Positions 1 to 11,961 of a stretch of DNA of 64,000 nt are shown piece by piece. Source of the DNA: an uncultured Coriobacteriia bacterium (GTDB lineage: Bacteria > Actinomycetota > Coriobacteriia > Anaerosomatales > PALSA-660). Position 1 is the stretch's first letter; every line of letters begins with the position of its first letter. Below the pieces are notes generated by a model that saw only the letters and a program-made list of their open reading frames with translations, was not told where the DNA came from and did not search any database. The translations under genes were made by a program, and so were the position numbers. Location of the stretch: assembly GCA_963726435.1 (NCBI GenBank), contig CAVSCJ010000001.1, positions 18,786 to 82,785 of the forward strand, given 5' to 3'.

Positions 1-777
<777 letters not shown>

Positions 778-841
778 CTAACTTCCTCGTATCGGTGACG
801 CCCCGCGATCGCGGAGCGTCGATGGCGGCTGGATGGCGGGG

Positions 842-1135
842 CTACTTGCCTTCGATGATGGCGTAGATCTCGTCGGCGCGAAGCACCTTGTACTCGTCAT
901 CCCCGAACTTGAAGTCCTGGCCGCTGTACTTGCCGTAGACGACAAGGTCGCCCGCCTTGACGTCGACCGGGACTCGCTTCCCATTGTCGTCCAGCTTGCC
1001 GGGACCCGCCGCCACGACCTTCCCCTCCTGGGGCTTCTCCTGGGCGGTGTCGGGGATGATCAGACCTGACTTGGTCTTCTCTTCCGCCTTGCTCGGCGTG
1101 ACGACCACTCGGTCGCCCAACGGCTTGAGTTTCAT
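842..1135 (-). CDS. groS: Co-chaperonin GroES
   Basis: MKLKPLGDRVVV...TKSGLIIPDTAQEKPQEG. Confidence 0.98.
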   Translation of the reverse strand: MKLKPLGDRVVVTPSKAEEKTKSGLIIPDTAQEKPQEGKVVAAGPGKLDDNGKRVPVDVKAGDLVVYGKYSGQDFKFGDDEYKVLRADEIYAIIEGK

Positions 1136-1256
1136 ACTCTACCCTCCATCGTTTGGTGCCCGGACTTGCCTAGAATGCATTCCCGTAAGTCGATCGGCCT
1201 GCACTCGGGTCGCCGCAGGACTCGTTCCACGAGTTGATACCCGTCGCGACCGACTG

Positions 1257-1283
1257 CTAGCACTCGAAGCCTCCGAGTGCTAG
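1257..1283. promoter_or_regulatory. CIRCE element (HrcA operator)
   Basis: CTAGCACTC-N9-GAGTGCTAG inverted repeat versus consensus TTAGCACTC-N9-GAGTGCTAA, upstream of groES. Confidence 0.93.
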
Positions 1284-1293
1284 CCGCCTCGTG

Positions 1294-1323
1294 ATGATAG
1301 CCGACGCGCCAGCGGATGCGCAA
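1294..1323 (-). promoter_or_regulatory. Putative sigma-A promoter of groESL
   Basis: TTGCGC-18nt-TATCAT immediately upstream of CIRCE. Confidence 0.65.
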
Positions 1324-1413
1324 GACCCGCGTCCGGATATGAGCCCGTGGGACTCAGATAGCCGCGCCTCGCGCGCACGTCCGCACTGGCGCGCGCCGGC
1401 CGCCGGTCCCGGG

Positions 1414-2976
1414 TCAGCCCAGCCGCAGGTCCGGAACGGCCTCCGCACTGAGACCCAGCGTCTCTCCACGCCAAAGGTGCAGGTGAGCAGCCGCCCCGAT
1501 CATCGCGGCGTTGTCCGTGCACAGCTCCGGTGGGGGAACGCTGACGCGCACGCCCCGTGCCTGCATGGCGGAGGTGAGCGCCTCGCGCAGCGCCGGGTTG
1601 GCCGCCACTCCCCCTCCGATCAGGAAGGTCCGGACTCCGCACTCCTCGACGGCCCTGAGGGCCTTGGCCACCTGCACGTCGATCACGGCCGCTTGGAAGG
1701 AGGCAGCGATGTCGGGGAGGTCCAGGTCGCGACCGGCCGCCCTTTCCTTGGCGATGTGGGTGACCACCGCGGTCTTCAGCCCCGACAGCGAGAAGTCGAG
1801 ATCGTTGCTGCGGAGCATCGCGCGCGGGAACGTGATGGCCTCCGGATCCCCGTCGGCCGCCAGCCGCGTGATCGCGGGGCCGCCGGGGTAGCCCAGGCCC
1901 AACGCCTTGGCTACCTTGTCGAACGCCTCCCCCGCAGCGTCGTCGATCGTGGATCCGAGGATGTGGTACTCGCCCCACTCGGGCGCGTGGACTAGAGACG
2001 TGTGCCCCCCCGACACCAGCAGAGCCACGAAGGGCGGGGATACCTCCGGATCGGCGAGCCAGCTGGCGAACAGGTGGCCCTCCAGGTGATTGACGCCCAC
2101 GACAGGCAGCCCGGCCGCGAGCGCGAGCCCCTTCGCGTACGCCACGCCCACCACCAGCGCTCCCACCAGGCCCGGTCCGTAGGTCACCCCGATCGCGGTC
2201 AGGTCGTCGATGGAGACACCCGCTCGCTCGAGCGCCTCGCCGACCACCCCTACGATGGCCTCAGTGTGCTTGCGGGAGGCGATCTCGGGCACCACGCCAC
2301 CGAAGCGGCTGTGGAAGTCTATCTGACTGGCGACGACGTTCGAGAGCACGTCGCGTCCGCCTCGCACCACCGCTGCGGCAGTCTCGTCGCAGGAAGTCTC
2401 GATCGCGAGTATGAGATCGTCCATTCCTTCGTCGAACATGTCGCCCTCCACCCGCATCGGGCGGAAGTCCTCCAGCGCGCCCAGAGCGCGCTCTGAGAGC
2501 GCCTCGGCCGAGGCGATCATCTCGGGATCGTCCAGCGGCCCGCTCCACATCACGAGCGCGTCCTCGCCGGAGTCGCCGTAGTAGCCGTGGCGCCTTCCCT
2601 CCTGGTGGAAGCCGGCATCTGCGTAGAGGACGAGCGCGGCCGCGTTGCTGGGCCGCACCTCGAGGGTCAGTCTCCCGATCCCGCGCCGGCGCGCCTCGTC
2701 GATCAGAGCCGAGAGCAGCGCACTCCCGAGACCGGAACGGAGGGCGTCGGGCCGGACCGCCAGGTTCATGATGTGGCCCTCGCCCTCGACCTCCATCAGC
2801 CCCGCGAAACCCACGATGCCCCAAGGGGACTCAGCGACGAACCAGGCGTGGCCGCTGCCCTGAGTCAGCTCGTCCAGGAACATGCCTCGGCTCCACGGGA
2901 ATGGGAAGCTCGAACGCTCGATGGCCAGAACGGCATCGAGATCGGCATTCTCCATCTCTCTGATGCGGACCGTCAC
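1414..2976 (-). CDS. tsaD: Fusion of RimI-like N-acetyltransferase and t6A synthase TsaD
   Basis: N-terminal GNAT (PWS, LEVRPSN, YY..EDALVM), then ILAIETSCDETAAA, HLEGH, SGGHT, CTDNAAMI in one ORF; GTGA overlap with tsaB. Confidence 0.95.
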   Translation of the reverse strand: MTVRIREMENADLDAVLAIERSSFPFPWSRGMFLDELTQGSGHAWFVAESPWGIVGFAGLMEVEGEGHIMNLAVRPDALRSGLGSALLSALIDEARRRGIGRLTLEVRPSNAAALVLYADAGFHQEGRRHGYYGDSGEDALVMWSGPLDDPEMIASAEALSERALGALEDFRPMRVEGDMFDEGMDDLILAIETSCDETAAAVVRGGRDVLSNVVASQIDFHSRFGGVVPEIASRKHTEAIVGVVGEALERAGVSIDDLTAIGVTYGPGLVGALVVGVAYAKGLALAAGLPVVGVNHLEGHLFASWLADPEVSPPFVALLVSGGHTSLVHAPEWGEYHILGSTIDDAAGEAFDKVAKALGLGYPGGPAITRLAADGDPEAITFPRAMLRSNDLDFSLSGLKTAVVTHIAKERAAGRDLDLPDIAASFQAAVIDVQVAKALRAVEECGVRTFLIGGGVAANPALREALTSAMQARGVRVSVPPPELCTDNAAMIGAAAHLHLWRGETLGLSAEAVPDLRLG

Positions 2977-3749
2977 AGCGCCTCGCTCGCGGGTCCGGCG
3001 ACTCCACTGGCTGGGTTGGTGACCGGCGCTCCGGTCCGGAGGCGCTCGTTGACCTCGGCGTCCGACAGCCGCGTGTAGACGGGGAGAACGGAAGACGGGT
3101 CGCCGTCACCGGCTTCCCCGGCCGCACGCGCGCGCCAGGCGGCAGCCAACAGCGCTTGGCCGGTCGGCGCCCGCATCGCCTCGGGCGCGAGCGACGCGAG
3201 ATCCCCGAGGACGGATATGAACAGCGTCTCATACTTCTCGAGGCCGTCACCGGTCAGCAGCAGAGGTTCGCCCAGTCCGGCCCACTGCCTCGCCACGTCC
3301 GCGGGAGGGACGACCTCGTCCGGCGTGAGGCGCGACACCTGGCCTCCAGCACACCTGAACAGCGCAGGGTAGACCTCCTTGCGCATGGCTTCGCCGACCA
3401 CTCCCAGCAGGCCTTCGCGGCCGGAGAACCGCTCGGCGATCGCATCGGGAGTCCCGACCCCGTACAGCGGTACTCCCAGGCCCTGCGCGATCCCCTTGGC
3501 GGTGGCGACACCGATCCGCACCCCCGTGAACGACCCTGGGCCGCGGCCAACGATCACCGCTCCGACATCGCGCGTCTCCAAGTCGACCGAGGAGAGGAGC
3601 CTCTGTATCGAGGGGACGAGGTGCGTCAGCGAGGCACGCGGGACGTCGAGGTTCACCTCGCCGACGAGATGCACTCCCTCGGCGGTGAAGACGCCCAGCC
3701 CGACGGCCAGCTCCTCGGTGGATGTGTCGATGGCGAGATAGAGCGTCAT
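2973..3749 (-). CDS. tsaB: t6A biosynthesis protein TsaB
   Basis: LAIDTST, GPGSFTGVRIG, PVYTR motifs; ATGA overlap with tsaE stop. Confidence 0.94.
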   Translation of the reverse strand: MTLYLAIDTSTEELAVGLGVFTAEGVHLVGEVNLDVPRASLTHLVPSIQRLLSSVDLETRDVGAVIVGRGPGSFTGVRIGVATAKGIAQGLGVPLYGVGTPDAIAERFSGREGLLGVVGEAMRKEVYPALFRCAGGQVSRLTPDEVVPPADVARQWAGLGEPLLLTGDGLEKYETLFISVLGDLASLAPEAMRAPTGQALLAAAWRARAAGEAGDGDPSSVLPVYTRLSDAEVNERLRTGAPVTNPASGVAGPASEAL

Positions 3750-4240
3750 CGAGACGCGCCGCCCGCGTCGGAGAGCCAGGCGTCGAGCCATCGGCTCGCA
3801 AGGGCCCGCGAACGAGGACCCGTTCCCCCCGGGCGCAGCGCGCGCGTGCACTCATCGACGATCTCCATCGCCACGTCCAGCCTGTCTGCGGGCAACTCAC
3901 CAGGGAAGCGGTCCGCCCACTCTATGGCCGACACGCCGTCCGACTCGAGCCATTCCCAGAAGCCGATGTCGACCAGCTCCTCCGGTCGTTCGAGGCGGTA
4001 GAGGTCGAAATGGTAGAGGGGCGGATCCCCTTGGTGCAGCAGCAGGATGTTGAAGGTCGGGCTCGGCACGTGCCCGATCACACCGAGGCCTTCCGCCAGC
4101 CCTTGGACGAGGACGGTCTTGCCCGCTCCGAGGTCCCCGGAGAGCGCGATGACGTCGCCAGGCTGTGCCATGCCACCCAGGATCGCCCCGGCTCGGCGCG
4201 TCGCCGCGGAGCTCGAGCAGAGCAAGACGGCGTCGCTCAC
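3746..4240 (-). CDS. tsaE: t6A biosynthesis ATPase TsaE
   Basis: [22 protein letters not shown] motifs; GTG start overlapping udg stop. Confidence 0.94.
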   Translation of the reverse strand: MSDAVLLCSSSAATRRAGAILGGMAQPGDVIALSGDLGAGKTVLVQGLAEGLGVIGHVPSPTFNILLLHQGDPPLYHFDLYRLERPEELVDIGFWEWLESDGVSAIEWADRFPGELPADRLDVAMEIVDECTRALRPGGTGPRSRALASRWLDAWLSDAGGASR

Positions 4241-4881
4241 CCGCTGCTCCCTTCGAACAGACTCGGTTGAGAGGGAGGAGCGGCCGAGCCGCCGTCCAAG
4301 CCGTTCTCGGCCCGGTCGAGCACGACCCGCAGGCGCCGAAAGTCGTCTTCCAGCACCTGGCGCTTGGAGCCGTCGTATAGCGCGGCAGCCGGGTGGAAGA
4401 TCGGTACGATCCGGCGGCCGCCCACGCGGTACAGCTTGCCCCGCAGGGATGAGATCGCAGCTGTGGTGTGAAGCACGTAGTGGGCTGCGAAACGGCCCAG
4501 CGTGGCTATGACCACGGGATCGACGAGCTCGATCTGGCGCGCGAGGAACTGCGAGCAGGTATCGATCTCCAACGGCTCTGGATCGCGGTTGCCCGGCGGC
4601 CTGCACTTCACCATGTTGGCGATGTAGACCTGCGAGCGCTGCAGTCCGATCCCTGCGAGCAGCTCGGCGAGCAGGCGTCCCGCCGCTCCCACGAACGGCT
4701 CGCCGGTCAGGTCCTCGTTCTTGCCGGGTGCCTCTCCCACGAACATGAGTCGCGCGTTCGGATCGCCGCTGCCGAACACCAGGCACGTACGCGCGGCGGC
4801 GAGCGTGCAGCGCTGGCACTCTCCGATGTGGCGCTCCAGCGCACCGAGGTCGGCGCAGTCGCCGGGCCCCGCTACAGCCAC
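4237..4881 (-). CDS. Uracil-DNA glycosylase family 4
   Basis: [27 protein letters not shown] motifs; GTG start with GGAGGAGG SD. Confidence 0.92.
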   Translation of the reverse strand: MAVAGPGDCADLGALERHIGECQRCTLAAARTCLVFGSGDPNARLMFVGEAPGKNEDLTGEPFVGAAGRLLAELLAGIGLQRSQVYIANMVKCRPPGNRDPEPLEIDTCSQFLARQIELVDPVVIATLGRFAAHYVLHTTAAISSLRGKLYRVGGRRIVPIFHPAAALYDGSKRQVLEDDFRRLRVVLDRAENGLDGGSAAPPSQPSLFEGSSG

Positions 4882-5387
4882 GTCGTGACCTCCTCCAAAG
4901 GCCGGCGTATCGGCTTGCCCGCCGCCTCGGCCGAGTAGCCGACCGGGAGCACCGCCACCGGACGGATGGGGCGCGCAACTCCGATCGCCTCCCTCACAGC
5001 GTCTTCGTCGAACGCGCCCACCCAGCAGGATGCAAGGCCTCGGTCGACGGCGGCGAGAAGGATCGTCTGGACCGCGGCCGAAGAGTCCTGGATCGCGTAG
5101 AGCTCTTCGCCACGGGCGCCGTAGCGCGCCGAGCACGGCCTGGGGTCGACGCAGACGACGATGACCACCGGCGCCGCCGTGGCCCACTTCTGGCCGACAA
5201 CCTGGGCGAGGCGGTCGCGCGACTCTTGGCTCCGCAGCACGACGAAGCGCCACGGCTGGATGTTGCCGGCAGTAGGGGCCGTGACCGCGGCCTCGAGCAA
5301 CGCGTTCACATCCTCGTCGCTCACGTCGAGCCTCGTGTTGAAGTGGCGAACGCTCCGCCGCCTCGCGACGGTCTCCAGAAACTCCAT
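4872..5387 (-). CDS. Nitroreductase family protein
   Basis: [25 protein letters not shown] motifs. Confidence 0.9.
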   Translation of the reverse strand: MEFLETVARRRSVRHFNTRLDVSDEDVNALLEAAVTAPTAGNIQPWRFVVLRSQESRDRLAQVVGQKWATAAPVVIVVCVDPRPCSARYGARGEELYAIQDSSAAVQTILLAAVDRGLASCWVGAFDEDAVREAIGVARPIRPVAVLPVGYSAEAAGKPIRRPLEEVTTWL

Positions 5388-5506
5388 CGACGCCTCCGGT
5401 CGCCGGGGTCCGCCCGGGGGAACGGCTGCCGCGTCCCGGCCGGTGCGCATACATTCTAGACGAGGTCGGTTGCGGGCGCGCCGGGGACGGCCCCGCGGCG
5501 GTTCGG

Positions 5507-5533
5507 GCAGGAATCGGGTCCGGGATGTCGAAC
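5507..5533 (+). promoter_or_regulatory. Putative SigH(Spo0H)-type promoter
   Basis: GCAGGAATC-13nt-CGAAC; same boxes and spacing at 14864-14890. Confidence 0.45.
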
Positions 5534-5565
5534 AACCGCCGCAGGAGAAGGAGCGTGATGACCAC

Positions 5566-5913
5566 ATGGCCATGAACGGACAGCGTCCCGACGTCACCGA
5601 TGAGGAGATCGGGATGCGGACGTTCCAATTGCGCAAGGCCCGGGCCGTGGAGCGTGCCACCGACCGCATGAGGAAGGGCCTCGGCAAGGACTGGTCCTCG
5701 TTCTCGGGTCCCGAGATCGAGGCCATCGGCTACGTGCTCGGTGAGCTGTGGGCCTACATCGCCCACTCGGAGTGGGACGACCTGAAGTTCAGCACCCTGA
5801 CCCTCGAGGACGCTCACAGGATCCTCGACTACGCCCGCGAGCTCGTCGACCACCAGCGCAACAGCGTCGAGGTGCTGAAGGACGTCTATACGCTGATCGT
5901 CTCCCAGGGCTAG
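5566..5913 (+). CDS. Hypothetical protein, 115 aa
   Basis: AAGGAG SD, G/C-ending codons, protein-like composition, fills the gap between minus-strand genes. Confidence 0.8.
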   Translation: MAMNGQRPDVTDEEIGMRTFQLRKARAVERATDRMRKGLGKDWSSFSGPEIEAIGYVLGELWAYIAHSEWDDLKFSTLTLEDAHRILDYARELVDHQRNSVEVLKDVYTLIVSQG

Positions 5914-5945
5914 CGCCGAAGAAGGCTGCACACCTCACGACACTA

Positions 5946-5976
5946 AGCGGCCCGCCACCAACGGTGACGGGCCGCT
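5946..5976. terminator. GC hairpin between convergent genes
   Basis: AGCGGCCCGCCACC-aac-GGTGACGGGCCGCT; no clear U tract. Confidence 0.55.
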
Positions 5977-6042
5977 CCCTTCGTGCAACTCAGCCGTCCG
6001 TGTGGAGCTGCAAGCCCCCCGGCTCGCGGACAGCGGATCGCC

Positions 6043-6697
6043 CTACGCGATGGAGCCCTGCGATATCTTCTTCGTCTCGATCTTCTTCTTGACCTTCTTG
6101 AGGCGGAACAGGTCCTCGCGCGCGCGCTCGTCGAGCGTCTGGCGGATGTAGGCGACCTGCTCCTTGAGCCCAGGGACGGTGATCTGCTCGAGCGCGTTGA
6201 CTCGGCGATTGGTCTTCTGGATCTCCTCACCGAGGCGCTTGAGGCGCGTCTCGATGTCCGCGTACTCGATGATGACGTCGAGGATCCGCTCGAACTTGTC
6301 CGCCGACTCGTCGATGCGTGACGACACGCCGGTCACTGAATATCCGCGAGTGAAGGAACTGCGGACGGGGCTCTCTCCCTTGGTGACCACGGGGACCGAG
6401 ATCCCCATGATCTTCGTGCCGGTCATGTCGACGGAGACGTCGCCCTTGGTGGCCATGCCCGACCGAGCGCACGGCGACGTTGCCGTCAACCGACTTGGCT
6501 ACCGCCAGGCTGTACTGCGCTTCGGCGGTCGTCTTCTGGAGCTGCGACGACAGCCTGAGGGTCTCGTCCATGACGGACATGAACTCGATGAGCAGGGCGT
6601 CGCGCTTCTGCTTAAGCAGATCCATGCCCTGCTGGGCGAGCTGTATCTGGCTTCTCCGCTCGAGTAGCTCTGATCGAGTTGGACGGACCTCCTCCAT
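6043..6697 (-). CDS. atpD: V/A-type ATP synthase subunit D (one frameshift near 6459 in this assembly)
   Basis: PTRSELL, LLKQKRDAL in one frame and KTNRRVNALEQ in another; extra G in a GGG run. Confidence 0.9.
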
Positions 6698-6700
6698 CTG

Positions 6701-8125
6701 CTAGAGGTCGCCCCCCTCGGCGACCTCGGCCGCGTTCGGGTGGTACTTCGGGATGAAGTCGCGGACACGCTTCAGCTCGCTCATCGGCAACCCGGACATG
6801 AGCTCCCAGCTCAGATCCAGCGTTTCCTCGATGGTGCGCCCGACCTCGCCCTGACCGACGATCCGCTTCTCGAAGTCGTCGGCGAAGCGCAGGTAGCGGC
6901 GGTCTGAGTCGGAGAGCGCTTCCTCGCCCACGATGGCGACGAGCCGGCGGAGGTCGCGACCCTGCGCGTAGGCGGCGTACATCTGGTTCGCGACCGCACG
7001 GTGGTCTTCACGCGTCTTCCCCTCGCCGATACCGAGGTTCATCAGTCGCGAGAGGCACGGCAGGGTGTCGATCGGCGGGAAGACGCCGCGACGGTGCAGG
7101 TGCCTCGACAGGACTATCTGGCCCTCGGTGATGTAACCGGTGAGGTCCGGGATCGGATGCGTGATGTCGTCGTCAGGCATCGACAGGATCGGGAGCTGCG
7201 TGACGGAGCCCTTGCGGCCCTTGATGCGTCCGGCGCGCTCGTAGATCGTCGAGAGGTCGGTGTACATGTATCCCGGGTAGCCGCGGCGTCCCGGGACCTC
7301 TTCGCGTGCGGTGGAGACCTCGCGCAGCGCCTCGCAGTAGTTGGTCATGTCCGAGAGGACCACGAGGACCTGCAGGCCCTTCTCGAACGCGAGGTACTCG
7401 GCGACCGTGAGCGCGACCTTCGGGGTTAGCAGACGTTCGACCGTGGGGTCGTCCGCCAGGTTCATGAAGAACACGACGCGCTCCAGCGCGCCCGTGGCCT
7501 CGAACTGCGACATGAAGTACGAGGCCTCGCGATGGGTGATGCCCATGGCCGCGAAGACGATGGCGAACTCCTCGCCCGACTTGACCCGCGCCTGGCGGAT
7601 GATCTGGGCGGCGAGCTCGTTGGCCGGCAGACCCGAGCCGGAGAAGATCGGGAGCTTCTGCCCGCGGACAAGCGTGTTCAGCCCGTCGATCGCGCTGATG
7701 CCGGTCTCGATGAAGTCGGCCGGCTTGTCGCGCGTGAACGGGTTGATCGGGCTGCCGGTGACGTCGAGACGCGCCTCCGGCATGATCTCCGCGCCGCCGT
7801 CGATCGGCTTGCCCGTACCGTTCAGGACGCGGCCGAGCAACTCGGAGCTGACGTCGATCATGGCGACTTCCTCGCGGAAGCTCACAGTCGTACGGTCGAT
7901 GTCGATGCCGCGCGTGCCCTCGAAGACCTGGATGACGGCGATGTCGCCCGAGACCTCGAGGACCTGACCCGTGCGCATGCTGCCATCGGGCAGCTTGATG
8001 TCGACCATCTCGCTGTACGCCACGCCGTGGACGTTGTTGACGAAGATGAGCGGGCCCGTGACGTAGTACAGGGTCCGGTACTCGGTCGTCAGCAGCGACG
8101 GTGTGATGGTGGCTTGTTCTGCCAT
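6701..8125 (-). CDS. atpB: V/A-type ATP synthase subunit B
   Basis: [47 protein letters not shown]; intact. Confidence 0.97.
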   Translation of the reverse strand: MAEQATITPSLLTTEYRTLYYVTGPLIFVNNVHGVAYSEMVDIKLPDGSMRTGQVLEVSGDIAVIQVFEGTRGIDIDRTTVSFREEVAMIDVSSELLGRVLNGTGKPIDGGAEIMPEARLDVTGSPINPFTRDKPADFIETGISAIDGLNTLVRGQKLPIFSGSGLPANELAAQIIRQARVKSGEEFAIVFAAMGITHREASYFMSQFEATGALERVVFFMNLADDPTVERLLTPKVALTVAEYLAFEKGLQVLVVLSDMTNYCEALREVSTAREEVPGRRGYPGYMYTDLSTIYERAGRIKGRKGSVTQLPILSMPDDDITHPIPDLTGYITEGQIVLSRHLHRRGVFPPIDTLPCLSRLMNLGIGEGKTREDHRAVANQMYAAYAQGRDLRRLVAIVGEEALSDSDRRYLRFADDFEKRIVGQGEVGRTIEETLDLSWELMSGLPMSELKRVRDFIPKYHPNAAEVAEGGDL

Positions 8126-8130
8126 GTCTG

Positions 8131-9883
8131 CTAGAACACCTCAATCCCGGCGATCTGCTCGGCAAGAGTGCCGATGTACTCCTGCATGAACTTGACCGCC
8201 TCTTCGTGGGGCGTCGTCTTGAGGCCCGCGACGGTGTCGCGGATCGGGAGCTCGAGCACCTGGCGCAGCGAGACGCCGCGGTTGAGCGCCGCGACCGACG
8301 CGTCGTAGAACGCCATGATGATCCGCAGGATCCAGTAGCCCTTCTTCGGCGGGCAGTAGGCGTCGACCTCGTCGAACGCGAACTGCTGCAGGAAGTCCTC
8401 GCGCAGCATGCGCGCGACCTCCAGGATGATCTTCTCGGATTCCGGCAGGGCGTCGGGACCGACCAGCTGCACGATCTCCTGAAGCTCGGTCTCCTTCTGG
8501 AGGATGAACATCGCGCGATCGCGGAAGGACACCCAGTCGGAGGCCACGTTCGCCTCGTACCAAGGGCGGACCCCCGCGAGGTAGAGCGTGTAGCTCTTCG
8601 TCCACGAGATGGCCGGGAAGTGGCGCCTGTGCGCGAGCGACGTGTCGAGCGCCCAGAAAGCACCCGTCACTCGCAGCGAGTTCTGCGTCATCGGCTCGGA
8701 CATGTCGCCGCCTGCCGGCGAGACCGCACCGACCATCGTGACTGACCCCACGCGCCCTTCGCCGCCGAGAGCCTGGCAGCGGCCCGCACGCTCGTAGAAC
8801 GCCGCGAGGCGGGTCGCGAGGTACGCCGGATAGCCTTCCTCACCCGGCATCTCCTCGAGTCGGCCTGAGACCTCGCGGAGCGCCTCGCCCCACCTGGAGG
8901 TCGAGTCGGCCATCATCGCCACGTTGTAGCCCATGTCGCGGTAGTACTCGGCGAGCGTGACGCCTGTGTAGATGGACGCCTCGCGGGCCGCGACCGGCAT
9001 GTTCGACGTGTTCGCGACCAGGATCGTGCGGTCCATCAGCGGGGCGCCGGTCTTCGGGTCCTCGAGCTCGGGGAACTCCGCGAGCACCTCGGTCATCTCG
9101 TTGCCGCGCTCTCCGCAGCCCACGTAGACGATGATGTCCACGTCGGCCCATTTGGCCAGCGACTGCTGGGTGACCGTCTTGCCCGTGCCGAAACCGCCCG
9201 GGATGATCGCGTTGCCGCCCTGGGCGATCGGGAAGAACGTGTCGAGGATGCGCATCCCGGTCAGGAACGGCGTGCCGGGATCGAGCTTGCGCGCGTAGGG
9301 ACGGCCCTGGCGGACCGGCCACTTCTGCGTCATCCCGACCTTCGTCCCGTCATCGAGGGTCGCGACGACTGTGTCGATGGTGTACTCGCCCTCGGGAACG
9401 ATCGTGGCGACCGTGCCGGACGCGTCCGGCGGGACCATGATCCGGTGGACGATCGTCTGGCCTTCGGGCGTGGTGCCGACCGCGTCGCCGCCCAAGACCT
9501 TGTCGCCGACCTTCGACCGCGGGCGTGAACTTCCACTTCTTCTCGCGGTCGAGCGCGGAGGCTACCGTACCGCGAGTGATGTAGTCGCCGGTCTGCTTGG
9601 CGATCACCGGCAGCGGCCGCTGGACGCCGTCGTAGATCGAGGAGAGCAGCCCCGGTCCGAGCTCGACCGTCAGCGGGCCTTCCGTCGATTCGACAGGGTC
9701 GCCGACGATCAGACCGGCTGTGTCCTCGTAGACCTGGATCGTCGCAGTCTCGCCCTCGAGACGGATGACCTCGCCCATGAGTCCCAGCTTGCCGACTCGG
9801 ACCACGTCGTACATCTTGGCGCCGGACATGCCTTTGGCTACGGCGACCGGGCCTGTGATCTTGGAGATGCTTCCTGCGATCAT
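8131..9883 (-). CDS. atpA: V/A-type ATP synthase subunit A (one frameshift near 9515)
   Basis: QVYEDT, ELGPGL then [23 protein letters not shown] split over two frames. Confidence 0.94.
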
Positions 9884-10218
9884 CTATCCTCGCCTCAAAG
9901 TGATGTCGAATCCGATTGCGCGACGGATCAGGCGGGACAGGTACGCCCCCCGCTCCTCACCGATGCGCAACTTCTCGGTGATGGGCAACGAGATCACGAT
10001 CGGCCGGTAGATCGAGTCGATCTTCTTCTGAAGACGCTCGTCGATCGCCTCCATCATCTCGGTGTTCACCGCGATGATGCCGCGTCGTGTCGTCGTCGAC
10101 CAGCTGTGCAAGAATCCTGCGCGCGAGCTCGCTTGTTCTCCGCCTCATACACGTCCACGCCGGCGAGCCTGAACCCGTCGGCGGTATCGGGATCGGTGAG
10201 GACCGCGAGCCTATACAA
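9884..10218 (-). CDS. atpF: V/A-type ATP synthase subunit F (frameshifted)
   Basis: TTG start MYRLAVLTDPDTADGFRLAGV; C-terminus LIRRAIGFDI. Confidence 0.85.
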
Positions 10219-11345
10219 AGATCAGTTCCTTCCTCATCCGGTCCGCCGGCATGCCGACGGCATTGCCCTTGACGATGATGCGGAGGTTCGTGACCTCGTT
10301 CTGCTTCGCGTACAGGTAGCTCACCATGACGCCGAAGCCCGAGCGGGTCGCCGAAACCCGACCCGAGCGCCCGTCCTCATGACGTAGTCCTCGAGAGCAC
10401 GCTCCAGTACCGCGATCGAGTTCGCGTCCATGTAGGCGCCGAGCACCTTCTCGAGCTGCATCGAGTACGGGGTGCCCTTCAGGGCGTCGATGACCTCGTC
10501 GACGTCCGACAGGGCGGTCAGGCTGACAGGAACAGCTCCTCGTTGACGTGGATGCCTCCGCTGCAGGAAGAACCGGGCCACGTCCATGTCGGTCGTGTCC
10601 GCCTTCAGCAGGCGGAACGCGGTGACGAGGTTGGTGGAGTCGACCTGGAGACCCAGGATCGTCCGCGCCAGAACGTAGTTCGCCCTGCGGCTCGTGAGCC
10701 GCTTCGCTGCCCACTGCGAGTAGTACCGGTCGAGGGCCAGCTCGAGGATCGGAGAGGTCGCCCTCCTTCAGGTACTCCTGCACGCGACTCGCGCAGGGGG
10801 ATCGAGTACGGCGACCCCCACGTCCACAGCGTGTCCGTGACGGCCAGCACGTCTTCGAGCCCCGCCAGCTCCCTCAGTTCGACCTGCGTCATCTCGCCGA
10901 CGGGCAGGAGGCTGTCGATGATCGTCTCCGGCTTCAGCCTCATGTGCTTGCCGCGGATGATGGTCTTCACGTTGAACAGGTCCCAGCGTCCCAGCAGGGT
11001 CACGGTGAGCAGCCTGGCCTCGTCGTTGATGAAGCCCATGATCTTGTCGAACGTCCTGACCATGTTGTCCTTCAGGGCGTCGTCCACGACCGCGACCGTG
11101 TGCCCCTCTATGAGCCGGGCCTCGAGATCGGGCCCGTACTCCGTTCCCAACAGGAGCTGGATCATCTTGTTGAGATCGCCGGCCGACATCAGCTCCTCGA
11201 AGAAGGCGGCGCCCAGCAGGTTCGACTTCATGCCGCGCGTGCGCGCGTTGCCGTAACCGTAGTCCTTGGTGCGCGGACGACGGTCGCGCCTCAGCTTGGG
11301 AGCCTTGGGCTTCTTCTTCGTGAGAGCGCTGATGCTCAGCTTCAT
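10211..11345 (-). CDS. atpC: V/A-type ATP synthase subunit C (frameshifted)
   Basis: YGYGNARTRGMKSNLL, WDLFNVKTIIRG, YLYAKQNEVTNLRII across frames. Confidence 0.85.
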
Positions 11346-11921
11346 GCGAAGAGGATCTCCGCGACGGTGGCCTGGATGTGCTTGCGCACCTTGACCAGAC
11401 GGTCCTCGATCGTGTTGCGCCGGTAGACGCGACCACCCGCGCTGATCACGTTGAGCCCACCGAGTATCTCGGGCGAGGTCTCGATCTCGGCCTTGAACCC
11501 GAGATCGGCCATGACCTTGGCCGCGAGCTCGGCGTCGCCGGGCGCCACCTGGACCACGAGATCACCGGCGACCCGATCGGTCGCCTCCTCTGGCCAGCGC
11601 CCTGAACAGCGCCTCGTACTCCTTCGTGCCGCGACTTGCGCTCATGGCCGCGCCCGCGTCGGCGTAGACCTTGGCGAAGCCGGCGTCCTGAGCCACGGCG
11701 ATCTGACGCCTCCGCTCGAGCTTGGCCGCGTTGATGATCTGCGCCGCTCGAGAGTGCACCTGCACCTTTGTCGCGGCCACCTTGGAGTCGCGTACCCGGT
11801 CGGCTTCAGCCCTGGCCTCGGCCACGATGCTCTTGGCCTGCTCCTTGGCGTTGTCCATCAGGACACGGCAGTCATGGTCCGCCTGCTCGTCCAGCGCGCG
11901 GAGGATGTCTTCTATCGCCAT
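11342..11921 (-). CDS. atpE: V/A-type ATP synthase subunit E (frameshifted)
   Basis: MAIEDIL coiled-coil N-terminus; GG..NTIEDRL..VAEILF C-terminus; operon position. Confidence 0.82.
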
Positions 11922-11961
11922 CTGTGGGTCCTTCCCCGCATCGAGTTCATCGACCGCGAGC

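Noticed and set aside
4237-5931. 564-aa UDG and other N-terminally extended ORF calls (tsaE, ecfA2, rplM, rplN, nusG)
   Set aside because: The extensions overlap upstream genes or leaders; downstream starts with an SD or stop-start overlap fit better.
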